A stretch of DNA of 45,223 bases from Gammaproteobacteria bacterium (GTDB taxonomy: Bacteria > Pseudomonadota > Gammaproteobacteria > UBA9214), in contig JBFELL010000003.1 of NCBI GenBank assembly GCA_041552135.1, positions 1-45,223 of the forward strand. The letters are read 5' to 3'. How positions within the stretch are numbered: position 1 is the first letter of the stretch; each line of letters starts with the position of its first letter. The notes under the pieces are model-generated. The model was given only the letters and a program-made list of their open reading frames with translations. It did no database searches and was not told the origin of the DNA. The position numbers and the translations under genes are program-made. Positions 1 through 8,646 of the stretch are shown piece by piece.

Positions 1-405
1 GGCGACTTCCCGGTATGCGCGCAGCCTTACCGGGAAGTTGCCGAGCAGCTCGGCAGCACGGAGAGCGAGCTGATCACCCGCATCGGCTGCATGCTCGACG
101 ACGGGCTGCTGACGCGTTTCGGGCCCATGTTCCATGCCGAACACATGGGGGGCGCCCTGAGCCTCTGCGCCATGCGCGTTCCGCCCGACCGCTTCGATGC
201 CGTGGCGGACACGGTGAACGCCCTGCCCGAGGTCGCGCACAACTACCAGCGTGACCACGAAATGAACATGTGGTTCGTGCTGGCAACCGAAACACCCGAG
301 GCCCTGCAGGCGACTGTCGAGGCGATCGAGTCACAGACCGGGCTGAAGGTATTCAACCTGCCCAAACTGGAGGAGTTCTATGTCGGCCTGCACTTCGAGG
401 TCTGA
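1..405 (+). CDS. nirG: Heme d1 biosynthesis siroheme decarboxylase subunit NirG (Lrp/AsnC-like), 5'-truncated by window edge
   Basis: Frame is open from base 1 (GDFPVCAQPYREVAEQLG...RFGPMF...EVAHNYQRDHEMNMWFV); lies directly before nirH-nirJ. Confidence 0.85.
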   Translation, partial: GDFPVCAQPYREVAEQLGSTESELITRIGCMLDDGLLTRFGPMFHAEHMGGALSLCAMRVPPDRFDAVADTVNALPEVAHNYQRDHEMNMWFVLATETPEALQATVEAIESQTGLKVFNLPKLEEFYVGLHFEV

Positions 406-408
406 GCG

Positions 409-918
409 ATGAGCGCCACCAGCCCGGAATTGCCTGGCGAATCACTGCCGGCCCTTGACCGGCGCATTGTACTGGCGACGCAGACCGGTCTGCCGCTGCA
501 CCCCCGGCCCTACCACTGGCTGGCCAGCGAACTCGGTGTCACGCCGCAGCTGATCATGGAGCGCCTCAATGCCATGCTGGCCGATGGCCGCATCCGCCGC
601 ATTGGCGTGGTTCCCAACCATTACCGCCTCGGTTACGTGGCCAACGGCATGACGGTCTGGGATGTGCCGGACGAGTGCATCCACGAGGCCGGACAGGAGG
701 TCGGCAGGCTGGAGTATGTCAGTCACTGCTATCACCGGCCGCGTCAGTTGCCGGAATGGCCCTACAACCTGTTCGCCATGGTGCACGGACACAGCCGCGA
801 GGAAGTGGATCTCCAGGTCGATCGCATCGCGGCCCTGCTCGGTGAGCGACAGCGGCAACATGATATCCTGTTCAGTAGCAGGATACTGAAAAAAACCGGA
901 TTGCGCCTGGGGGGCTGA
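409..918 (+). CDS. nirH: Heme d1 biosynthesis siroheme decarboxylase subunit NirH
   Basis: GLPLHPRPY, PNHYRLGYVANGMTVWDV, VSHCYHRPR..WPYNLFAMVHG and ILKKTGLRL motifs of NirH/AhbB. Confidence 0.9.
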   Translation: MSATSPELPGESLPALDRRIVLATQTGLPLHPRPYHWLASELGVTPQLIMERLNAMLADGRIRRIGVVPNHYRLGYVANGMTVWDVPDECIHEAGQEVGRLEYVSHCYHRPRQLPEWPYNLFAMVHGHSREEVDLQVDRIAALLGERQRQHDILFSSRILKKTGLRLGG

Positions 919-919
919 T

Positions 920-2137
920 ATGTTTCGCATTTCACACTACATGCAGGCGCTGGCACAACCGGCGCCCGAGACCATTCCGGCAGTGCGCAAACCGTCAGGT
1001 CCGGTGGTGATCTGGAACCTGATCCGCCGCTGCAACCTGACCTGCAAGCACTGCTACTCGATCTCCGCCGATATCGATTTCCCCGGCGAACTGACGACCG
1101 CGCAGGTGTTCGATGTCATGGACGACCTGAAAGGCTTCGGCGTGCCGGTGCTTATCCTCTCCGGCGGCGAACCGCTGCTGCGCCCGGACATCTACGAAAT
1201 CTCCGCCCGCTCCAGGGCCATGGGCTTCTACACCGGGCTGTCCACCAACGGCACGCTGATCGACGCCGGCAATATCGATCGCATCGCGGAGGTCGGCTAC
1301 AACTACGTCGGCATCAGCCTCGACGGCATGCGCGAGACACACGACCGCTTCCGGCAGAAACAGGGCGCGTTCGATGCCTCGCTCAATGCCATACGCCTGT
1401 GCCGCAAGGCCGGCATCAAGGTCGGTATGCGATTCACGCCAACACAGGACACCGCCGACGAACTGCCTGACATACTGCGACTGATGGACGACGAGGACGT
1501 CGACAAGCTCTACGTCTCGCACCTGAACTACGGCGGGCGCGGCAACCGTCACCGCGGCTCGGATGTCATCCACGCCGTGACCCGGCAGGTCATGGACCTG
1601 CTGTTCGATGCCGGCTGGGCCGATGCACAGGCCGGGCGCAACCGCGAGTTCGTCACCGGCAACAACGACGCCGACGGCGTCTACCTGCTGAAGTGGGTGG
1701 AACGCAACCTGCCGGAGCGCTACAGGGAGATGCATGAGCGACTGGTCCGCTGGGGCGGCAACGCCTCCGGCGTCAACATCGCGAACATCGACAACCTGGG
1801 CAATGTGCACCCGGACACCTTCTGGTGGAACTACAACCTCGGCAACGTCAGGGAGCGCCCCTTCTCCGACATCTGGGTGGACACCAGCGACCCGCTGATG
1901 GCCGGCCTGAAGGCCTCGCCGCGACCACTGCGCGGTCGCTGTTCGGCCTGCGGCTTTCAGGACATCTGCGGCGGCAACACCCGCGTGCGCGCCTTCCAGA
2001 TGACCGGCGACCCCTGGTGGGAAGACCCGGCCTGCTACCTGGACGATGCCGAACTGAACATGCGAGCGGAGGATTACGCCGACGCGAAACCGGAGCCGCT
2101 GGCACTGAACGTGCGTACCATTCGCCGGGCGAGCTGA
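920..2137 (+). CDS. nirJ: Radical SAM heme d1 biosynthesis protein NirJ
   Basis: N-terminus MFRISHYM; PVVIWNLIRRCNLTCKHCY (CxxxCxxC); C-terminal SPASM cysteines CSACGFQDICGGNTRVRA. Confidence 0.95.
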   Translation: MFRISHYMQALAQPAPETIPAVRKPSGPVVIWNLIRRCNLTCKHCYSISADIDFPGELTTAQVFDVMDDLKGFGVPVLILSGGEPLLRPDIYEISARSRAMGFYTGLSTNGTLIDAGNIDRIAEVGYNYVGISLDGMRETHDRFRQKQGAFDASLNAIRLCRKAGIKVGMRFTPTQDTADELPDILRLMDDEDVDKLYVSHLNYGGRGNRHRGSDVIHAVTRQVMDLLFDAGWADAQAGRNREFVTGNNDADGVYLLKWVERNLPERYREMHERLVRWGGNASGVNIANIDNLGNVHPDTFWWNYNLGNVRERPFSDIWVDTSDPLMAGLKASPRPLRGRCSACGFQDICGGNTRVRAFQMTGDPWWEDPACYLDDAELNMRAEDYADAKPEPLALNVRTIRRAS

Positions 2138-2202
2138 GCTAACAACGGTCTGGATATGAATCCAAACGCGTATTGCTTCAGATCGAAGTCAAAATGGGAA
2201 CT

Positions 2203-2286
2203 CCCTCTCCCTCCAGGGAGAGGGCCGGGGTGAGGGTGATCTGTTATTCTAGCCCCCTCACCCTGCCCTTCTGCCAGGAAGGCAGG
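2203..2286. repeat. REP-like palindromic element (CCCTCTCCC-N4-GGGAGAGGG-CCGGGGTGAGGG type) with a degenerate inverted partner
   Basis: 9-bp perfect stem at 2203-2224, CCGGGGTGAGGG at 2225-2236, inverted partial copy CCCCTCACCCTGCCC from about 2254. Confidence 0.7.
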
Positions 2287-2348
2287 TTGATCGCTGCGCC
2301 CGGTCTGCCTATGTTCTGCTCGCAGCAACACCCTGTTTCCCGCACTCC

Positions 2349-3947
2349 GTGACCGCCTTGCCAATCCTGAAAAAACCGTTTGCAAACAAACTGTGCGGCC
2401 TGCTGGTCATCGGCACTACGGTTGTTACCAGCTACGCCAGCGCCGGCGAGGTAGATGCAACCGCCCTCTACCGCAAGCACTGCGTCGACTGCCACGGCGC
2501 CGGGCGCCTCGGCGGCATGGGCCCGGCCCTGTTCCCCGAGAACCTGCGGCGCCTGCATCGGGACAAGGCGGCAAAGGTCATCGCCAATGGCCTGCCGGCC
2601 ACGCAGATGCCGGCCTTCGGCGAGAAGCTCGACACGGCACAGATCGACGCCCTGGTCGGGTACCTCTATTCGCCCCCCGCGAGCATACCCGTGTGGGGCG
2701 AGAGCGAGATCCGCGCCAGCCACGTGATACACAAGCCGGCCCTGCTGCAGCCGGATGCCGCCGCACTCAAGCCGCTCTACAGCGCCGACCCTTTGAACCT
2801 GTTCCTGGTCGTCGAGGCCGGCGACCACCATGTCACGGTGCTGGACGGCGACCGGCTGGAGCCGATCCACCGCTTCAAGTCACGCTACGCGTTGCATGGC
2901 GGCCCCAAGTACTCCTCCAGCGGCCGCTATGTTTATTTCGCATCGCGCGATGGCTGGATCAGCAAGTTCGACATGTACCGCCTGGAGACCGTGGCCGAGG
3001 TACGCGCCGGCATCAACACCCGCAATGCGGCGGTCTCGGCGGACGACCGCTATGTCATGGTCGGCAACTACCTGCCACACACTCTCGTGTTGCTGGACGC
3101 CCGCGATCTCGGCCTGATCAGGGTCATCCCCGTCATGGACGACCACGGCAGCAGTTCGCGCGTCAGTGCCGTCTATACCGCGCCACCGCGGGACAGCTTT
3201 ATCGTCGCCCTGAAGGACCTGCAGGAAATCTGGGAGATCAACTATTCCGATGATCCGCCACCCGTGTACCGCGGCCTGGTGCATGACTACCGCATGGAGG
3301 AAGGCATTGCGGAACGCGGACGTTTCCCGATACGTCGCATCAGGCTGGAAGACTATGTCGATGATTTCTTCTTTGACCAGGCCTACCAGAACCTGATCGG
3401 TGCCGCGCGCAGCGGCAGCAAGGGCCAGGTGGTCAACCTGATTGTCGGGCGCAAGATCGCCGACATCGATCTGCCCGGCATGCCCCACCTGGGGTCGGGC
3501 ATCACCTGGCCGTACCGGGACACCACCATCCTGGCAACCCCCAACCTGAAGGAAGGCGTGGTAAGCATTATCGACACGCGCGACTGGAAGACACTGAAGA
3601 AGCTCGACACCCTGGGGCCTGGTTTCTTCATGCGCAGCCATGAGGACTCCCGCTATGCCTGGGTCGATGTCTTCTTCGGCCCGGACCGTGATGCCATGCA
3701 TGTTATCGACAAGCAGACGCTGGAAATCGCCAAAACGTTGCGCCCGTCACCCGGCAAGACCTCAGCGCACGTCGAGTTCACCCGTGACGGCAGGTATGCC
3801 CTGCTCAGTATCTGGGACATGGACGGCGCCCTGGTGGTGTACGACGCCGAGCGCCTCGAGGAGGTCAAGCGGATCCCCATGAAAAAACCGGTCGGCAAAT
3901 ACAATGTCTACAACAAGATCCACCGCTCCGAAGGCACCAGCCACTGA
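2349..3947 (+). CDS. nirN: NirN, dihydro-heme d1 dehydrogenase (cytochrome c plus d1-type beta-propeller)
   Basis: Signal peptide; CVDCH heme c motif; RYALHGGPKYS, GMPHLGSGITW, GPGFFMRSHE and KPVGKYNV motifs; last gene of the nir cluster. Confidence 0.9.
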   Translation: MTALPILKKPFANKLCGLLVIGTTVVTSYASAGEVDATALYRKHCVDCHGAGRLGGMGPALFPENLRRLHRDKAAKVIANGLPATQMPAFGEKLDTAQIDALVGYLYSPPASIPVWGESEIRASHVIHKPALLQPDAAALKPLYSADPLNLFLVVEAGDHHVTVLDGDRLEPIHRFKSRYALHGGPKYSSSGRYVYFASRDGWISKFDMYRLETVAEVRAGINTRNAAVSADDRYVMVGNYLPHTLVLLDARDLGLIRVIPVMDDHGSSSRVSAVYTAPPRDSFIVALKDLQEIWEINYSDDPPPVYRGLVHDYRMEEGIAERGRFPIRRIRLEDYVDDFFFDQAYQNLIGAARSGSKGQVVNLIVGRKIADIDLPGMPHLGSGITWPYRDTTILATPNLKEGVVSIIDTRDWKTLKKLDTLGPGFFMRSHEDSRYAWVDVFFGPDRDAMHVIDKQTLEIAKTLRPSPGKTSAHVEFTRDGRYALLSIWDMDGALVVYDAERLEEVKRIPMKKPVGKYNVYNKIHRSEGTSH

Positions 3948-3980
3948 TCAGGCCGCTCCTGCCAGCATTGGATACGCACC

Positions 3981-4023
3981 TGTAGTAGCGCCGCCCCCGG
4001 CGCGATAGGGCGCCGCTCCTGCA
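3981..4023. repeat. Degenerate GTAG-type REP inverted pair between the convergent nirN and hemerythrin genes; may act as a terminator hairpin
   Basis: TGTAGTAGCGCCGCCC...GGGCGCCGCTCCTGCA; an extra GCCGCTCCTGC half-copy at about 3952-3962. Confidence 0.5.
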
Positions 4024-4121
4024 CCGGTTTATCCCGGATTGAGGTCGTGTCAGGTGCATAGCACCGTAACCGGACACGGATACTCCCCCGCGGGAGAGGC
4101 AGGATTGCAGCGGATACCGCC

Positions 4122-4514
4122 TTATCCCAGGTGTTTGTGCAAACGGGCATCCCGGTTCCTGAAGTGGTCGGTAAACCATTTGCCGACGGCTTCCGCGAAT
4201 TCGTCATCGCTGAACCAGGCATTTTCCTCGTAGTCATCCATGATGTCGCGCAACTCATCCAGCAGATCCTCGTGGTCCGCCTTGTGCTCGGCATACCGGT
4301 CATACTTGCGCTCACGCATGATTTTCTCTTCCAGCGCAAAGTGCGCCGCCACATGCGCATAGATCTCGCCGAGAAAATCCATTATCGTGTAATCGCTGTC
4401 GCCCTTCGACACGGCCTCATGCAGGTCATTGATCAGCGCGATGAGTTCCCGGTGCTCGTGGTCAACATCGGGCACACCTACGGAGAACTCGTCTTTCCAC
4501 TCGATCAGCGCCAT
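4122..4514 (-). CDS. Single-domain bacteriohemerythrin
   Basis: MALIEWKDEFSVGVPDVDHEH...HFALEE...HKADH...HFRNRD gives the full H/HxxxE/HxxxH/HxxxxD di-iron ligand set; GAGGAG RBS before ATG 4514. Confidence 0.92.
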   Translation of the reverse strand: MALIEWKDEFSVGVPDVDHEHRELIALINDLHEAVSKGDSDYTIMDFLGEIYAHVAAHFALEEKIMRERKYDRYAEHKADHEDLLDELRDIMDDYEENAWFSDDEFAEAVGKWFTDHFRNRDARLHKHLG

Positions 4515-4521
4515 GGTCTCC

Positions 4522-5025
4522 TCACAGAAACAGGAATCCGCCGAATTCCGGCCGGAAGTCGATAACAAAATTCTGCTGCGGCGCCAGCGTGACCTCGGCC
4601 GATTTCACGTAATCGAAGCCCTCTTCGCGGCGGCTGTCACGCAAGCGTGCTACGAGCTGATGTGATCCGGCGGCCACGGGAAACTTCCTGTATGCAGTCG
4701 AGGCACCGTCACCGGCCAGCCCCGAGGGGGGCAATTCATCACGGTAGAGGATTTCGCCATCCAGTTCCAGTTCAACCAGCAGCGGCCGTCGCTCACGCGG
4801 ACAGTCCATGGGCCGCCGCATATTGGGTGGCAAGCGGTCCAGTTCCTCCTGTGTCAGCTGCCGGCATTCCTCCCTGTGGGCTCCGGCATGGCTGAAACTG
4901 AGCTTGATCAGCGCCTTGTCCGGATCCAGGTGGGTATAGGCCGGTTGTGTCGCGAAATAACCCACCACCAGCGCAAACAGCGCGTAGGCGATGAACTGAC
5001 CGATAAACCGGGTCACCTTAATCAT
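4522..5025 (-). CDS. Membrane-anchored hypothetical protein, partner of the cytochrome b/Fe-S fusion
   Basis: N-terminal TM helix, two Cys (EECRQ, MDCPRER), beta-rich C-terminus; start overlaps the stop of the upstream gene. Confidence 0.75.
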   Translation of the reverse strand: MIKVTRFIGQFIAYALFALVVGYFATQPAYTHLDPDKALIKLSFSHAGAHREECRQLTQEELDRLPPNMRRPMDCPRERRPLLVELELDGEILYRDELPPSGLAGDGASTAYRKFPVAAGSHQLVARLRDSRREEGFDYVKSAEVTLAPQQNFVIDFRPEFGGFLFL

Positions 5026-6601
5026 GAGACCCGGCGCCCTCCTCTACGCGTTCCTCCGACGACCTGCGAGGGCGTCGCTTGAATGGCGGCAGCGCCCTGA
5101 GCCTGTCCTGGAATGCCTGGATTTCCCGCTGCAGACGCCTGCTGCGGGTGATTCCCGCCCAGAGTCCGGCGACACGTTCACGCGGGATACGCTTGCGCAA
5201 ATACGGGTCACGCTCGCCGGCAAGCCGTTGCCCGGTCCAGTCTATGCCCAGTCGGTAGTAACAGTTGCCATCGCTGCATCCGGTCAGGAATACGCCATCG
5301 GCATGGTCGCGGGAGATCACGAAATCGATGAATGAGGGTGGCAGCATGGCGATGCATGGAAGTTCAAGGACCGCAACATCCGCACCCCGGAACTGCTGCA
5401 GCGCCGGACCATGGCCGCATCCATACACAACGACACGTGCGTTACCGCTCAGATTTTCCGTTGCGCTCAGGGTATTCGCGAGCAGTGTCTGTACATCCGA
5501 GTCAGGCAGGTCGATGCCGGGTACAAGTTCAGAGGTGCGACGAAAGGGGGTGGCCGTTGGACAGGCGCCCACACAGATACCGCAACTGGTGCACAGGTTG
5601 TCGATGACGACGGCCTCGTGGGAGAACGCAGCAGCATCCGTACGCGGTTCCAGTGACACCGCGCTGAACGGACAGTCGTCCACACAGCGACCACAGCCAT
5701 TGCAATTATCGAGATCCACACTGGCCGTTGCCCGACGGCGCAATGGTGGCAACCAGGGCAGCAATACCAGCAGCAGGGTGCCGGCCCCGGCAATTGCCCA
5801 CATGGCCAGCCCGGGGATCCTGTCGAGCAGCGGATAGGCCACCAGGTAAAACCAGTCGAAGTCCATGACCGCAGGTACCCTGTCGAGATTCGCGGGTGCC
5901 TGGCTGACCGCCGGCCTGACCAGGGACAGCACCAGCAGCATACCCAGGGTGCCAACAGCCAGCCCGACCGGCGGGTTGACCCTGGCATTGCGCTGCCGCT
6001 GGATATGTATCCACATCACCAGCAGCATGAAGAGCGGCACCGCAATGTGGATGAACACCATGAGCGTGAAGAACCGGCCACTCAGCGTGTCGTTGTTCAG
6101 GAAATTTCGGGCGATCGACTGGCCGAAGATGCCCAGCGAGTCGAGCCACTCGGTTGAGGCAATGGCGATATACTGCGCCAGCACATCCCATACCATCCAG
6201 TAGCCACTGATACCACAGGCAAACACCAGCCACAGCAGCGGCACCCCGGTAAACCAGGTGAACCAGCGCGCACCGCGGTAACGGTCCATGACAAACTCGC
6301 GCACCAGATGCAGCATCATGACAATGATCAGGGCGTCAGAGGCATAGCGATGCAGGCTGCGCATGACGCCACCGGCATACCACTGCACGTTGGTGATATA
6401 TTCAAGCGATTCGTACGCCTGGTTTATACCCGTGTCGAAAAATATGTAGAGATAGATACCGCTGACAATGGTAATCCAGTAGAAATACCACCCCAGCGTA
6501 CCGAGGTGGAAAAGCGGATTCCACGCCGGGGTAAAGGCGGAGTTGAATACGTTGTCTACGCCTTCAAAGGCCGCTCTGGCAACGCTACGCAGACCGGTCA
6601 C
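5018..6601 (-). CDS. Cytochrome b/b6-like membrane protein fused to a 2x[4Fe-4S] ferredoxin and an MvhD/FlpD-like [2Fe-2S] domain
   Basis: Heme His pairs LHRYASDALIIVMMLH and IHIAVPLFMLLVMWIH; DWFYL at the PEWY-like position; CNGCGRCVDDCP and CTSCGICVGACP; YGC..LPC..ADGVFLTGCSDGNCYY; GTG start at 6601 with AGGAG upstream. Confidence 0.85.
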   Translation of the reverse strand: MTGLRSVARAAFEGVDNVFNSAFTPAWNPLFHLGTLGWYFYWITIVSGIYLYIFFDTGINQAYESLEYITNVQWYAGGVMRSLHRYASDALIIVMMLHLVREFVMDRYRGARWFTWFTGVPLLWLVFACGISGYWMVWDVLAQYIAIASTEWLDSLGIFGQSIARNFLNNDTLSGRFFTLMVFIHIAVPLFMLLVMWIHIQRQRNARVNPPVGLAVGTLGMLLVLSLVRPAVSQAPANLDRVPAVMDFDWFYLVAYPLLDRIPGLAMWAIAGAGTLLLVLLPWLPPLRRRATASVDLDNCNGCGRCVDDCPFSAVSLEPRTDAAAFSHEAVVIDNLCTSCGICVGACPTATPFRRTSELVPGIDLPDSDVQTLLANTLSATENLSGNARVVVYGCGHGPALQQFRGADVAVLELPCIAMLPPSFIDFVISRDHADGVFLTGCSDGNCYYRLGIDWTGQRLAGERDPYLRKRIPRERVAGLWAGITRSRRLQREIQAFQDRLRALPPFKRRPRRSSEERVEEGAGSHD

Positions 6602-6662
6602 TTGCTTCGGGGCTCCTGCGCGGATCCAGGGATATCCGCTACCGGCAGCTTGCCATCCGGCA

Positions 6663-7592
6663 TCATGCCACCGGTCCCGATGATGAGGATTCCCGCCAGC
6701 TGCGCACAATCACCCAGGCAATCCCGCTGAGCACCAGCACGCCAATGCCGAAAGCGATAAAGGGGGAATAGTCAAATTGATACATGCCGGTCGTCGGGTC
6801 ATACACCGTACAAAACAGCTTGATATTGTTTATCCACCCGGCAATCGGTGTGGAAGCGACCTGCTTGCCCCACAGGATCTCCTTGAGCGGTTCCACCAGG
6901 GACGGCGGCTCGGGGGCCATGCCGTAGATCTGGCGATAGACCTTGCCCTCCCCGTCGATCACGGTCGCCTGGATCATGTGATCGAAGCCCTTGGGTGAGC
7001 TGAAATAGCTGAACCCGATATCGCTGGACAGACCGCGCATGGTTTCGGCGCTGGCGCTGACAAAATGCCAGTCATTGATATCGATCCCGCGCTGCCCGGC
7101 AAACACGCGCATCCGGTCGGGGGTGTCGTTCGGGGTATCAAAGCCGATGGTCAGGACCGAGAAACTGTCCGTCCCCAGGGCATCCCTGGCGACCCTGACC
7201 ACGCTGGCGAGATTGGTCGTGATGGTCGGACAGATGTGGTAGCAACTCGTATAGATCAGGCTGATCACCACCGGCCTGCCGCGCAACGCACTCAACGCAA
7301 CCTGCTGACCCTTGCCATCGAGGAAGGTGTAATCATGCACGGTCCGGCCTATGGCTGCCTGGCTCAGGGCAAGCGCTGCAGCCTCGTCATAATCCGGACC
7401 CGGCTCATGCGCAGCTGCGTCGTGGTCTTGCCCGGCGATGGCATCCACATGCCCGCCTGCAGCCATATCATGAGCGGCCGCGTCATGATCGCTTGCCGCA
7501 TGCCCCGGGGACTGCGCAGCAGCCGTACCCATAATGAACAGCATCACAAGCACCAGCAGGCGTGCAGAATGCAGCCAGCCGGTAGCGTTCAT
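6663..7592 (-). CDS. SCO/SenC copper chaperone with His-rich N-terminus and C-terminal membrane anchor
   Basis: YTSCYHICP (CxxxC), FDHMIQATVID (Cu-binding His), DHDAAAH twice; start position approximate. Confidence 0.88.
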   Translation of the reverse strand: MNATGWLHSARLLVLVMLFIMGTAAAQSPGHAASDHDAAAHDMAAGGHVDAIAGQDHDAAAHEPGPDYDEAAALALSQAAIGRTVHDYTFLDGKGQQVALSALRGRPVVISLIYTSCYHICPTITTNLASVVRVARDALGTDSFSVLTIGFDTPNDTPDRMRVFAGQRGIDINDWHFVSASAETMRGLSSDIGFSYFSSPKGFDHMIQATVIDGEGKVYRQIYGMAPEPPSLVEPLKEILWGKQVASTPIAGWINNIKLFCTVYDPTTGMYQFDYSPFIAFGIGVLVLSGIAWVIVRSWRESSSSGPVA

Positions 7593-7743
7593 GTGTGAAT
7601 CAGTGCAAATGTACCGGGGGCGCAAGGCAGAACCTCATTTCACAAGACACCGGAGGTGCACTGAGCGGAGCGGCTGCAGGAAATCGCCGGGACACGCGTT
7701 GACATCGGGAATCATCGACCTTGCGTGCGACCGGACCTTCAGC

Positions 7744-8646
7744 CTAGATCAGCCAGGCATCCAGAATGGCGCCCGTGAGCAGCAGGCTCAGCTGCACCAG
7801 CGAGGCATGAAAGTTTATCATGGCCATCCCGGGTGACGGGTCACGCACAAGAGCGACACTGGTCCATAAAAACCTGGCCCCGCCCAGGGCCGCGCCCAGC
7901 AGATAGATCCAGCCCAGGCCATACATGACCGGCAACAGCGAGAGTCCGACGAGCACGACGGTATGCCCCAGTATGATCCACGCGGCCGTTGCGTCCCGGA
8001 CCACCACCGGCAGCATGGGAACGCCGGCGGCCGAATACTCGTCCTTGTACTTGAACGCCAGGCTCCAGAAGTGTGGCGGCGTCCACAGGAACAGGACAAT
8101 CGCCAGGATCAGCGGCGCCGGCGCAAGCCCGGGATCTACCGCGGCGGCCCCCGCAAGGATGGCAAAGCTGCCGGCAAGGCCGCCGATGACGATATTCACC
8201 CAGGTGCGGCGCTTGAGCCATACGGTATAGACCACGCCGTAGACGAAAGCCCCCATGAAGACATAGAACGCCGCAACGGCATTGGTCGCAAGTGTGGCGG
8301 CGGTGATGGACACCACCAGCAACAGCACGATTCCGGCAAGCCAGTAACCACTGGCGTGGAACCGCCCTGTCACAAAGGGCCGGTTGCGGGTACGGTTCAT
8401 GCGCGCATCAAGATCGCGCTCCATGTACATATTGAAGGCGCCGGCACTGGCCGAGGACAGCAACACCGCCAGCGCCAGCAGCACAAGCTGCAGTGTGCCC
8501 GGCGCCTGTCCGGGGGCCACCGCCACACCCGCCATGGCGGTAAACATGATGGCAAACCCGATGCGCAGCTTGAATACCGAGTAGACGAGCGCCAGCGTCT
8601 CCTTCACCGGGATGCCATCAGCACGACTGATCAGCGCAGTGGCCAT
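7744..8646 (-). CDS. cyoE: Protoheme IX farnesyltransferase (heme o synthase)
   Basis: FNMYMERDLDARMNRTRNRP, YTVWLKRRT and FLWTPPHFWSLA...EYSAAGVPMLPVV motifs. Confidence 0.95.
   Translation of the reverse strand: MATALISRADGIPVKETLALVYSVFKLRIGFAIMFTAMAGVAVAPGQAPGTLQLVLLALAVLLSSASAGAFNMYMERDLDARMNRTRNRPFVTGRFHASGYWLAGIVLLLVVSITAATLATNAVAAFYVFMGAFVYGVVYTVWLKRRTWVNIVIGGLAGSFAILAGAAAVDPGLAPAPLILAIVLFLWTPPHFWSLAFKYKDEYSAAGVPMLPVVVRDATAAWIILGHTVVLVGLSLLPVMYGLGWIYLLGAALGGARFLWTSVALVRDPSPGMAMINFHASLVQLSLLLTGAILDAWLI

Noticed and set aside
2349-3947. Possible nirS (cytochrome cd1 nitrite reductase)
   Set aside because: ALHGGPK and GPGFFMRSHE motifs and the position after nirJ fit NirN better
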